From positions 51,829 to 115,828 of the forward strand of contig ADNK01003130.1 in NCBI GenBank assembly GCA_000320545.1: a DNA stretch of 64,000 nucleotides, given 5' to 3'. Of this stretch, positions 51,469-64,000 are shown one piece after another (the stretch's first letter is position 1; each line of letters starts with the position of its first letter). Under the pieces are notes generated by a model that was not told the DNA's origin, did not search any database, and saw only the letters and a list, made by a program, of their open reading frames with translations. This DNA is from Bigelowiella natans CCMP2755. Its lineage: Eukaryota > Protista > Cercozoa. The position numbers were made by a program, and so were the translations under genes.

Positions 51469-52786
51469 ATGGGAGAAAGTGCTTCGAAAAATAATGCTGC
51501 ATGGAACCGAGACATTAAGCATAAGGGCCGATGTATCGAACTTCGTCGAGGATATGCTGGTGGGGTTTGCAGCGGAAAGAGAAAAACTAGGCGCTGCAGC
51601 GACAGTAAACGTTACTGCGACGAATGGACCTACGATGATGAGGCAGAGCTAGAGACTCCTGATTTTGATGGACAAATGGAGCCACAGAGAAGAAACAGGA
51701 ACTACACGGCAGCCTTTGGTTACTGTAAAGAGAACTGCAACCCTCCAATGGGTAAGCGCTGCAGGTTAAAAGATGGAAGAGTGAATGATAAGGAAGTCTT
51801 TCATAAGGAGGAAATTGGAGATGAGACAACCACGGAAGGAAAACCTGACGTGAAACTCCATTTAAGCTCATCCACTTCGTTCTCAGATCACTGGGTGAGT
51901 ACCTCTACATTTTTAATTGAGTGAGTGTCATTTCATGGAGTACATGTTGCAGGTTGATCCTACAACTGTGGCGGAACAATGGACAATTTACGTCATCGAT
52001 GAGGTCCTCGGTGGAGAGGAAGAGTGGCTCGTTTGGAACAACGAAAAAGTCAACGGGGTTCTTCGGCGATATAAGGTGGCTCAATCATTCCTTCCAAAAT
52101 CCTCATCTTCGTCACCTCCATTACTAATTCACTTTACTTGTAACATAGGAAGCATATGAGCAAGATGTTGAGCTACAAATCGTATCCAAAAGTAAATGGG
52201 GCAACGAAACCTATGTTAATCTTGATCAAGATGAAACATGGAAACAGCAGGTACCGAAATTATGCTGTTTTTTGCAATTATGGTGGTGCGTGATCGCGGC
52301 GGTACTGCTGCTTGAGAAGAAAGGAAGATAATATTTTAATGCGCTACATTTGCTCTAGTTATTCTCTGGAATGAGTCAATTTGATGATTTTGGTCTTCCT
52401 CATCAATTTAGGTTAAGAATAAATGTAAAATCTACAAAAAATTTACATTCCCCAAAGAGGAAAAACGTCAGGAGAACTTTAATGCAACGGTTGTTTCCAG
52501 CCCCTCCACTTCTTCCTATGGCCATCCGGTGTCATTTCGAAATAGCGCAGCGTCGACTTTGTTTATTCCTGCAAATCATGAGTTACACCAGCGAAACTCA
52601 TTCGCCTCAGTCCGTGCGATGGGTCCTTTGAAGAAAGATGACTCTGCTCATGGAAAGGAGGGTAGCCTCACAATGATGATCCCATCCTCTAGATTAGAGC
52701 TATGTCAAACACCACTAGACTTAAATAGTACCAGCGCGTCCATGATGCAATATGCGGTTCCAGTCGCTTGTACTTCAATGTTATAG
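51469..52786 (+). CDS. Hypothetical protein, multi-exon (weak WWE-like segment)
   Basis: ORF pieces joined by GT-AG introns (51895-51952, 52076-52149); W...W...EAY...Y.NL pattern. Confidence 0.45.
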
Positions 52787-53636
52787 CGATAGTAATTCTT
52801 TCAATCGTATATCTTACATGCTCAGGGAGCATTAGAGAGAATCTCATGTACAGCAATATAACTATTTGTTCATCTTTACCCGTCCTTCCGTCTGTCCGTC
52901 CAATTCTGTTTATCTGGCCTTCTCCTCAAGCACCCCATCCTGTTAGCCAGTGTAAAATGTTTATGTGTTTGCTGTGGAATGAGAAAGAGTGTTGTGCATT
53001 AGTGTTCTATAAATATAAGGATAGAAGGCTCTTTCGATGATAATTTATAATGTATACCTGAGATATATGACCTTGGCATACTTTAGCTAAAGCAGGGTGA
53101 AGTTATATTATCCGTGTCAAAAGAAATAGATTCAAAATCGAAGCTTGCTTTCTCCATATATTTCTACATTCTAAATTATCAATCACGAATAATATAGCTT
53201 ATGCTACACACAATCGTGAGCTATTATACCGCTTGGATAATTTAAAATAAATATTTAAATAATACCAATTCATCATCATTATAATATTGCGCATGCATCG
53301 TTCTCATTTGATGAAGTCATGCTGTTAATGTACTGGTTTGACAATTGTGGCAAAATATCATCATCGCTCGTACACATTGTCAGGGGCGGTCTGCAAGGAT
53401 CTCGATGTAATTCAGCGCGCACAACATGCGCATGTGTGAAAGGAGTGGTGGCGTAGTGCACCATGCGGCATATAACACAATGCACACTTACTACGTCTAG
53501 ACGTGCATTAGACTCAGCAACATGCCATGGTGTACATGCATCTATTTGTCCTAAACGACAAGCATGTGCTAGCCTTTTTGATGTTTCACATCAGGTGTTA
53601 TTAAATAACATCTTGCGGTAAATTTTGCTTGTTGCA

Positions 53637-55818
53637 CTACTCCTTTTTTGCCACCTCAATCGAAGCTTTCTCATTGTATGGCTCTGTGGGAAATTGAACA
53701 GGAATTAGAAAATTTTGGTAACCTGTATGAGGAAGTGACCTTTTATAGACAGTTCTTCGCTTTTGAAACCTGGTCGTATTCGTATGGCCTTGCGGAAAGT
53801 CCCATCCCTACGCAATACACATACGTCGATTTGAGCAGACTAGGATAGGAGCCAAGGCCAAGTGCCGAACAGGTAAATATTACTTTCTACGAGTCCCTGC
53901 TATGACAGTTGTGTCTCCTAGTTTCTTTCGTTGTGTTCTTTTGAGTGAGATGGAACGACTGGAGGTATGACTTGGCAGAAGGGGGCTGGATGGTGGCTTT
54001 GAAGCTGCGGATGCTGCTGTGAGCGCCAACCTTGAGGAGTTTTCGCGCATTGATTTTGAGGGGTGGGATTCATTTGTAAACATGACCGATGCTACTGGTC
54101 TTGGTGACGACGATGATGACGACGGCGACGATGTTGATGGTGACGACAACTTGGTTGCGGAATCGGTCTGATGCGACACATATCAATGATGAAGAAACTC
54201 TGTATGAATCACCCAGTCCTATTCCCACTGTAAAGTTACTAAGTCCTCACCTCATCCGTGGAGTCCCAGACATGTGGCAATGGTGGGGTAGGCGGTGTTG
54301 GTGCATAGCTTTGAGAAGAAGCATGTCCAGTCATAGCCCTTAATGACGGCAGCACATCAGGCTGTTTCCTAATTAATCTCGGCTATCAGCGGAAGGGAGT
54401 TAGAAGTTCATCAAGAAATATTTAGGGTACCCGTATTGTGTACAAGCGACGAGGGTCATTCGTTTCTTAGCCTCCGAGCGTGCTACATCTAAAGGGGATT
54501 CGCCATTTGCATTTGGCCTGAAGAGGGAAGCCTGAGATATGTAGAAAATGGACGTAAATTCATGGTTATGATGATGATGATGATGATGATGATGCATGCT
54601 GATGATAGTAATGGCGTGATGGTGATGATGGTAATGAATTACAGCGTAATAAATACTAATGGCGAAGAGGTAGAAACAAACAGATCACCTTCGCTTCGAG
54701 CAAAAGCTTCACAACTGCAGTTTGCCCACCTCGAGCTGGTGATAGTCGATGAAAGTAAGAAATGTGTAAATGAGATTTTATTAATTCACGAACAATCATG
54801 TACATGCATACAGCATGAGCTTTACCAGCTGTGTGAAGTGGAGTCTCTCCATGAGCGCTATCACAATCGACGTGCACCGAACTCTGCAGCAGTAACTCCG
54901 CCTTGCAATAATTAAAGACGTGCATACTATCACAGGGCGTTATTTGAAGGGAATAAGGCTCTTCTTACCACTTTTATGCTTCCGTGACTGCACGCCACAT
55001 GCAAAGGAGTTAATCCCTCATTATTCACTGAAGACGAGTATGCAACGCGCGCGTACACACAAACACGAAAATACAAACAAACAAAAGCAAATGCGCATAG
55101 TCCATGATTATAATCCTGATTTGTAGTAATCTATATGTACTGTGGCGATGACGCTTGCTTTTATTTCAGCTAGCACCGATTGGGTTGTTACTGACTTATT
55201 GAGACGTTCGCCTTGGAGGTGATGAGAGCCCTCGAAACGCCAAAATTATCCTTTTTGGCAGTATGGTGAAGCGGGGTATCGCCCATTACATCCCGGGCAT
55301 CGACTGGTAAGCCCCCCTGAATTAACTTCGCGGCGACCTGAACGAAGCAAACCCACATACACTCATTCGCCATGTAAACGCGTACGTATATGTTAATTTT
55401 CATAATTGCTAATGTGAATATGGAACATGTAAAATTATGTGTATGGTTACTACGCTTTAGAAGGCATGGTTGGAGAGGGAGAGAGGGAAAAAAACATTAA
55501 TTTAACAAATTTTCGCACAAATTAACAAAGCACCTGCTCGTTTCCTACTTGGGCTGCGACATGAAGTACCTGCAACATATCACACACGGTGATACATCGT
55601 ATTCTCCGAGCAAGCATGAAAGAGAAGCTTACAAGGCGCGAATGTCGAGTAGCATTTGCACGCTTCTTCATCTCGTACGTCGAAACCTGAGTAAGTGATT
55701 AGAACCAAACACCCGATGTAGATTGTAGAGCTGCCACCTGATCTATATAATTTCGTTTGGCGAATTGCTTTTTCGGTGGCGGGCTTGGACCTCCACCGTA
55801 TCTCTTCAGCTTCTTCAT
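53637..55818 (-). CDS. Ankyrin-repeat protein with C-terminal PYM/WIBG Mago-binding-like motif, multi-exon
   Basis: GDTPLHHTAKKDN, GETPLHTA, GESPLDVA; spliced C-terminus VIAGTRRKDGTFRKAIRIRPGF. Confidence 0.75.
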
Positions 55819-56280
55819 CGCAACCTGAGATCTGATCAACGGACGTGACCAAGGCGAATAAATCACAAAATGCACAGAGACTCTCTTATCATCCAGTGTA
55901 TGAGATAATCTGCAGTTAATCGCACACACACACACACACACACACACGCGCGCGCGCAGGGGGGAGGTACAAGTTTCAACGTCTGGCGTTCCGATGATGT
56001 ATTTATTATTGTGACGAGAAGAAGGAATTTATTAGATATTATCTCGATAGAATACTGACCCAAAATACGAAATGAGCGAGCAGGGGCCGCAACATTTGCA
56101 ATAATATCCGGCAAGAAATATCGTGGAAGGTCTTCCAGCTATGAGTGGTAGCTCAAGAGCCATTTCTACACAACGTCGTAGTCAAATGTATGTCGTATGA
56201 GCAAAACCCGTCTGTATTTTTTTGGCACCGGAACATTTCTATTTTTCGAGCCAGAGAGCACAGCCTATCACGTAGGTGCC

Positions 56281-58100
56281 ATGGAAGAGCCCATGGAAGA
56301 GCTGCGCGAAGGTCAGTGAGAGAGGGTTGGGAGGAGAATTTCGTGGTGGATAATTTGGCTGCATGCGATGGGTAAAAGGGTGGAAAGAAAAGCGGGGGGG
56401 GTCGGTCTGGATTAACACAGAAAAGAGGCACGTGTCGAATCTTGGTCAATTTTTAATATCGTTCTTAGCTGCGAAGAAGCTTGAAGATGGCGCAGAAGTT
56501 GCAGGACCGTACCGCGAGGGAAAGACTTTTATTACTAAATCGTGTTTAAAACGGTATCTTGAAGCAAACAATGGCGACTCGAAATTGGCATTGGTAGGCT
56601 CAACAACATCGATCGCACCATCAGCTATTTAATATTGCATTTTAATTAGACCCAGCTTCAACAGACTACCAAATGGAGAAAATCATACAAACCATGGGAT
56701 CCGTGTCCAAAATGTCTAAAGAATCCAATGTCTCATAATTTGCGAGTAGTAGGCTTCGATGCAAAAAACCGAGCGGTACGCTGTATCATATATATAAGAA
56801 TCCAATGTCTCATAATTTGCGAGTAGTAGGCTTCGATGCAAAAAACCGAGCGGTACGCTGTATCATATATCTTACCTCGTTGTGTGCCTGGATTGCATGT
56901 GACTGTGCTTATTAAAACACTACTGCATGTTCTGGATTTCATATCCGCTTATGAATCCTTCGAATTCATACTTCCAGGTAATATATACATGCTTCTCACA
57001 AGCTCATGATAGGTGAGGTTTTCTCTTTGCAAATGACGATCCAGATAGAACTGTGACGGCGTCGATACATTTTGACTTGAAAGATGCATCACAGGACACA
57101 TATATTAATAGATCAAGGTTTAATTTGGTCTCATTTCCACTTGGATTTCATACTTAGCCCCTCCACTTTATGCAACATGTTAAATTTGTGGGATAATCCG
57201 ACCGTATATTGGGATTATGTATAAATATATGAAAGATGGGACGCAGATACAAATCTCAAGCATTTAAGCTGGGTCCTAGAACAAGCTGCGCCACTGATGG
57301 AGAAGGTATGGGAATGTCTTGCTAAAAAGGGAATGCATCAATCACAAATATACGGTTTTGATCATACGTTTGAAAATCGAAATTCTGTTTTTCTATGGAA
57401 TTAATGTAAACGTGGGCGTGTTTGCGTGAATGGTACTTCGTGTTTGTGTGTGTTTTGTCTATTGTTGCTTCAGCGGGGTGCCCAGAAATGGACATGGATT
57501 AGCGATTTTCATGGATTTTCAACCTCTGATTGCTCACCAAAGTCCATGATGCTTGTGAAAAGGTATTATTGGCGATGGTGTTTCTTTCGTATTTTGCCAT
57601 GGTATTTCATTTTATTTGTACTATTTCATTCCGTAGGATGCTTGCTCATTACCCCGAACGCCTCTTCAAAGCCGTTATGCTAGATGCTCCGTGGATATTC
57701 AATGGATTATGGAATATGGTGGCGACTAAGTGCGATGAGAAATGATGGTGTAGCTTTCTTTCAGACAGTTTGCTCTTCAGGTTTCCCCGCTTCTCGAACA
57801 ACGCACAAGAGACAAAGTATCATTTGTGAAGGTATATCAGAGATGATGAGAGGGGAGAGGGGGGGGGAGGGAGGAGGGGGGCAGGCATGGACGAATAAGT
57901 CAGAAATTGACAGAACGAACAATAAAATTCTCGATGTCAGTCTCATGAACTTTCGGATTGGAGCAAAAGCATAGATGCCGGTGAGGAATTAGCTCATTTC
58001 CTACATTCTGAGATCCAAAGTAATCGTCAAGACCCTTCCTTCTGGAAAGACGAAGGTAAAGAGGAGGGATCATCGCCACAGGGTAAGAAATATTGGATTC
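56281..58100 (+). CDS. CRAL-TRIO (Sec14-like) lipid-binding protein, multi-exon (3' end approximate)
   Basis: CLKRYLEANN, TTKWRKSYKP, GFDAKNRA, WISDFHGF, HYPERLFKAVMLDAPWIFNGLW, SPLLEQRTRDKVSFV. Confidence 0.88.
56719..56870. repeat. Perfect 75-bp tandem duplication (period 77)
   Basis: 56719-56793 is identical to 56796-56870. Confidence 0.95.
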
Positions 58101-58170
58101 CAAACCAGAAAACGGGCGTTGATATCGTTATTCAGAAGGAGGCCGCGAGTAAAGACAAATTAAAAAGTAC

Positions 58171-58203
<33 letters not shown>

Positions 58204-59022
58204 TAACTATATGCCGCTCGATCGAATACTTTGTTTAAGATTCTTTGCGAACGGTAATCTGGCCACAATAGACATACGTATATATGATATATAATATATA
58301 TACTGTGGCTTGTATGACAATAGACATACGTACATATGATATATATTATATATTTTATATGTACTGTGTCTATAGTGGGTTTACTGTATACATGTTTTAT
58401 AGACAATGAGTAAACGCTTTCTGCTTTCGATATCTACAGGCCAGAAGCCATCTCCAGTGACAGACTTTAGGGCCACTGCGCAAGTTGCAAAAGACAGCGG
58501 ATGCACAAAAATTCTTTTCCAATACTCGCTTTCTTAGACGTGAAACGTAACAACACTTGTTACCTCTACGCTGTACATCATTAACTGTACGATGTATTTC
58601 ACAATGCACAAAATGCATGTGTAGCGTGTTGCACATTGCTGCTAATTCATGTTTCATCTCATGCACAGAAGCACAGTCTACATTGCTCTAGAGCTTCACA
58701 TGATTCATCACAGCGCGCGTTAGTCATAGTCGCTAGGCGTAGGAGATGTACGTACATGTAGCGCAAATGGTTGAACAGAAATCATTTCTTTGCATGTTAT
58801 TTTCTCTTTAATGATGTGAAGTAATTTAGCCCGACAGCGACAGACGTTCGCATTGCTACTACGCTACTACGCTGTATCTACAACACTACTATTATTCTTA
58901 TCATCACAACCTACTTAGATGACACAACAGTGTCACCAGACCGTAGAATGAACATTCGTAAACGAATATCTGAGAAGCAGATGAAAGGTAGATAGAGAAA
59001 GGATGATGCATGGTAATGTCTA

Positions 59023-61325
59023 TCATGGTCCCACTTCGTCTTCCGCGCGCTTCCTCGCTGAGAGCCTCATCTGCGGCTTAACAATCTCCCACGCACGACT
59101 GATCTTCTCCCTGAGAAGCTCCAGAGCTGTGTACAAGTCCTCTTCATACTCTTCGTCCTCGCCCGTCGCGATCTGCACCCCAGCGAGCAAGGAGTTGACA
59201 CCCTCTTTGATGACGAGCATCCTATTGTCAATGCCTAATTTGTGAAAGGAGAGAGTCAGATATGATAGGAATATGAAAAGGTTGGTGTTAATACCATCGC
59301 CTGAACTACAATACTGAATGTGAAAGATGCTACACAATAGCATGCCACCTACCCTCGCACTCAGAGACGAGCTTCTTGACACGCTTAGCCTCGCCTGCAA
59401 TATCCTGCTCCTTCGTGCTGACGTCCCGCCATTTGGAAAGCTTGAATGAGCTCTTCCTCTCTTCTATCTCCTTAATAACCTTGGCCTTGGCTTTCTCCAA
59501 AGTCTTCACCTTGTCTTTCTTCGCCTGGATGTCCTGCACGAGGTCCGATGCGATTTTGTCGTTGCTCTTGAACTTATCAATGATGTCCTTTGGCTCGTTC
59601 AGCCCTATTAGATAGATAGAGAGAAAGAACGAAGTCGGCAGGCTTAGTATTACAGACGATTTCATACAAATGCTGTAAAGTATCATCAGTACCTGTGGCC
59701 TCGGAGAGCTTACGGAATCGGCTAATGTACTTCGCGACGTTCTTCTCGCACTTCTCCTTCTCCTTTTGAATCTGCTCAGCCTCCTTCTTCTTCTCGTCGT
59801 GCTCAATGATGAGCTTGCGTATGCGTTTCATCTTCCGCTCATTGCGCTTCGCCTCCCGTTCCATCTGGCTCTGTTTGGCGACTTTCTTTGCCTTCGCCGT
59901 CGAGTTCATCATCTGGCGGTACCGTGCGAGCTGCTCTCCGGCGAAGTTGGTGAAGGAACGAATGTCTTTCGAGAAGTTCCCGATCTCATCTTGGATGTGG
60001 TTACGCTGGCCGTTTACGCGCGTACACACCTTTGTCAGCTTTGTGATCAACCGATTGTATTCTCGGACCATTTGCCTGAGGGAGGAGGAGGAGGAGGACC
60101 ACAGAATAAGAGACACGACAAAATGTGATTCAGTAAGATTGCACGCTTACTCAAGTTTACTACACATTACATCGAGGAGATGGGGACGAAAGGAATTCTG
60201 ATAGCGGATATTTGTTCTAGTGCTGAAGAGAGTGTTGAATGCAAGTATTTAGCATGACTAACCTGAGATTGTCGATGCTCTTGGATGTGGTGATGTTCTC
60301 TTCCTTCATACGGATGATATACAGATTGTAGTTGGTTTTGTTCTCCTCAGTCTCCATCAACTGCGTGTCCTTGGTGACGAGCTTCATCTTTAGTTTGTCA
60401 AGCTTGGTTTTGTTTATTATCTTGAGTTTCATATCGTCCTGAGTAGGTCGCATGAAGGAGAGTTCCCTCGACAACTTATTGTGCTGCTTCATAAGCAATT
60501 TGTTATCTTCGGAGAGGCGGTTGAACTCCTTTTTCTTCTCGTACACCTGAGGAGGGCGGGGTTAATAGCTCTACTTATTGATGTTCGCGAGAAAAATAAG
60601 TACAATAAACTAGCAACACAAGGGGGAAAAAAGAAGTTCTTCTTTGCCATAGAGACTTGTTTCACCGCCCCTCCCCTCCCTCCCCTTAGTTACATACCGC
60701 TACCACCACATTCACGGCAAAAGCTCAGCACACTTTCTACCTCTTTAAGAATCTTGTTGAAGTTGGGCTTGACGACAGACAGCCCGCTACTTTTGAATTG
60801 CTCTGCTTTCTTCTTCACCTCGAGCAGGCTCTTTTGCGTGGTTTCCATGAATCCAATGCGCGGCATCAGTGGCTGGAAGGGTAAGTCCTCCCCAGCACCG
60901 TCCCCATCCTTTTCGGATCGGCCTGACATTACGGGGACGAATGAAGCCTTTTTCCTTCCAGCTGCGCCCTGCTTTTTCTTCAGGTTGCCTTCCTTCCTGG
61001 CACGCTCCTTGTCCTCCTCAATTTCACGCTGCCGAATGTTGCGGACCTGGGCGAATTATCAGGAATCAAATATGGATCTTGAAAAATTGATGTGCTTTGG
61101 GTAATAGGCTTGCTACCTTCTTCTGTGCGTTCTTTAGCGTTTTGACCATATCTTCAATCTGCTCACGCATTTGGATGGACTCTAGCTGCACTGTCAGCAG
61201 TTTCTTTTGCTGCTCATCTGCCTTTCGCTGAGCCTGAGGGAGGGTTCAGAGAACAGCATAAATATAGCGTAGCATAGACAGGAAGCATGTGTAGCTGTCA
61301 TCAAAAGCATTCAAGTTTGTCAGAA

Positions 61326-61372
<47 letters not shown>

Positions 61373-63428
61373 CCACAAACATATGCCACGTAACTTAGAT
61401 TCTTTACTATTCCTAAGTAGTCATCATCATCATGCCGAATTTAGAAAGGACCTGCTTTTCCTCCAGAACCATTGTGTCACGCTCACGGTCGATCTCGAGG
61501 ATCTGCTTGGTCTTGAGCCCCTCTGAGAGCTCCTTCCTGCTGGTACGGATATCATTCTTCCTTATGAGAAGCTGATCTTGAAGCTTCTTCCATCGTTTGA
61601 GCTCAGGATGAACCTGAGGTTATTTATGATTATTTTTCACATTCGTTGTTTGCCAATGGATGCTCATATTTGCGATTTCCATAAATTATTACGAATAACT
61701 ATGATTTATTTTGATGGCTGATCAAATGGCAGCAGGGTAGCAATGGGCGACCGACCTCGTTGAAGCGGATCGAACTAAGGCAGAAGGAGTGATGAGAACC
61801 ACACGCAATCTTTCCGACAACGTTGGGCAGGATATAGTCTAAAAGCTGTGGAAATTCACTGCTCTGCAGTTTGTTGTGGCCGAGCTGCCCGCTTTCTCCA
61901 ATACCCCAAGAATACCTAAAAATCCGAACCATCGTCAATGAATAGCCGAGCTCCTTATCGGTAAGTGACAAGGGAATCACGATTCATTTTCGTCGTCGTG
62001 TGGTGTGTTTGATCGTGTTGATGTTTAATATTATTACAGGCATCCGTGCTGCGTAAGTGCCAGAGTGTGGTAGCGTCCACAAGCAATTTGCTTGACATTT
62101 TCACGTTTGAGGATGAGCCGAGGTGTGCGGACGTTGGCGACCGCCGCCTCAGAAGCAGACACGGACCTCTTGATATAGAGATTTCCTGTGGAAAAGTAAG
62201 TGATCAGATATTGGTTTGGGAGGGAAAAGTGGAGCCTTGCATCTGTGCTTGCGGGAGACAGACGTATGTCCATGTGTTTGCGAAACTACTGATTGTGGTC
62301 AAGCTTACTTACCGAACGCCCACACATCTCCGCCCTCGGTGAGGACCACAATGTGCGACTGGCCGATCCCAACTTGCACGACGGTCTCGCCCTTGTCCAC
62401 GAAGTGCTTGACTTTAACAGGCTTATACACTATGTTAGAGGTGCCCTTGGGATGAAAACTCTCGCCAAATCCCCATAGCCACATCTCTCCTTCCACCGTT
62501 ACGCACGATGTAGCGGTTGCTCCGGCAGCAATCCATTTTGTGTCCTGAAGGGGGGGAGATGGTGGTGTTGGTGGTAAGTCGCAAATTTTCATTGTCGCAG
62601 GGATTTTGTCATACATATTCGAGCATATCTTGGACGAGCTTCGGTTTGGCCTCCACATGTACGGACCCAGCGTTCTTCTGTGTCTTTTGGCTCTCCGACC
62701 CATGCCCAAGCTGCCCGTGTTGTCCACTTCCGAACGTCACCACCTGTGGATTAAGGAACACTTTCATCACGTGCTAAACTCCACGTTTTTACTTCAAATG
62801 AATCTCGTTGACAGCATGAACTGACCTTCTTAGAGGTTGTAAGGCACACTGTATGCTTATCTCCACATGCTACCCTCGCGTAGCATCCAATCTGCTTGTT
62901 CACGGGGACCTGCGGAGAGGAAGGAAGACGCTCAGTAAGAGGGTTCTAACTGTTGTCAAGATACAATGTTCGAGACTTCCTCCTCATCATCATGAGTTCA
63001 TCCTAAATGCTACTCTTTCTTACCCTGACTGGACTTCGCCTTGGAGAGCGGTCACCTAGACCAATCTGCCCGTACTTACCAGAACCCCAAGTGTAAAGGT
63101 CTCCCTTAGCCGAGACAGCAGCGGTGTGGTACTGACCGCAAGAAAGGTCCACAATCGTAGCACGGTTAATGTGCACAAGATCCTCCACCAGGTGCGGTGT
63201 GGCATGCATGCGGTCTTTTGCATCTAGGTTTCCGAGCTGGCCTTTCTCACCGTCACCCCAAGTATAAACCTTCCCCTGCTCTGTCAAAAGTCCGGTATGA
63301 AACCCACCACAGGAAATCTGAATAACTGCCTCGTTGAAATTGATCTGTACTGGTATCATTTCGCACTTCTTCCTCTTCGCCTCAAGACCAAGCTGTCCGT
63401 GGTAGCCAGCACCCCAACTGTACAGCAT
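59023..63428 (-). CDS. RCC1-repeat protein apparently continuous with a long coiled-coil region, multi-exon (ends approximate)
   Basis: RCC1 repeats LYSWGAGYHGQLG, ISCGGFHT, IACGRYHTLALT, IACGSHHSFCL; phase-compatible splice into charged coiled-coil exons at 59023-61615. Confidence 0.8.
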
Positions 63429-63600
63429 GGTCCCACCCTTCGGTCCCCCATCTTTCACGGCGCGGCTGCTCGTCCCATGTTGCAGTTTCGCGAAACTGAA
63501 AGTGGTAGGGTGAAATGGATGAGGGAATTAGTGAACATGCTTATGAATGAATGTGTGCACTTCAGTGATGTGACGTGACATGCGATCATCATCTCTGGTT

Positions 63601-63608
<8 letters not shown>

Positions 63609-63646
<38 letters not shown>

Positions 63647-63679
63647 CACACTCACAAACACACACACACACACACACAC

Positions 63680-63739
<60 letters not shown>

Positions 63740-63765
63740 TATATAGATATATATATATATATATA
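63609..63765. repeat. Compound (CT)n-(CA)n-(TA)n microsatellite
   Basis: Directly visible; similar compound tracts at about 4712-4760, 22351-22413 and 21945-22040. Confidence 0.95.
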
Positions 63766-64000
63766 CTTTTCTATAAACATATATCAACTCTCAGCGCGTG
63801 AAGGTTGGAGCCACAGGCTGCTTGTGTGAGAGCGTGACAGTCTCTGTGACAGGTCCACACACAGACATGGTGCTGAAGAGAGTAAGTCAAAAAAATAGCT
63901 TACTTACTGTATAGTCATATTCATTGGCTGTGAATGCTACGTACGCCTATTCATATCTTTCTATCACTCTCTGAACGCATGATATAAATGGGTGCAGTTA

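Noticed and set aside
1-64000. A gene in this window encoding the putative TpA mutator
   Set aside because: I found no deaminase (HxE..PCxxC), DNA methyltransferase or TET/JBP motifs in the genes I could read; only the footprint is visible here.

Overview
Gene-dense eukaryotic nuclear DNA with many short GT-AG introns and microsatellite-rich introns. Two genes carry signal-plus-transit-like presequences, which suggests an alga with a secondary plastid (chlorarachniophyte-like; inference). The window holds one 5S rRNA gene, about 17 protein genes and a dead LINE fragment. Main observation: the LINE has 1,371 bp (6286-7656) with no TpA dinucleotide at all, and its conserved Tyr codons read as Cys or His (YxDD to CCDD, [KR]YLG to RCLG). 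Three other non-genic tracts (1-311, 18665-19200, 23341-24010) show the same loss, and surviving TpAs sit almost only in CTA/TAG context. Neighbouring genes, the 5S gene and intronic (TA)n tracts are unaffected. This looks like a locus-targeted, two-stranded TpA to TpG/CpA hypermutation system, the mirror image of fungal RIP. Secondary findings: a Slu7-motif/Prp18 fusion, an ankyrin protein ending in a PYM-type Mago-binding motif, a K+-channel-like protein with a TGQG filter, near-strict alternation of gene orientation with distinctive tracts at convergent 3' ends, and a roughly 3,900-aa mosaic surface protein. Exon boundaries were inferred by eye and are approximate.
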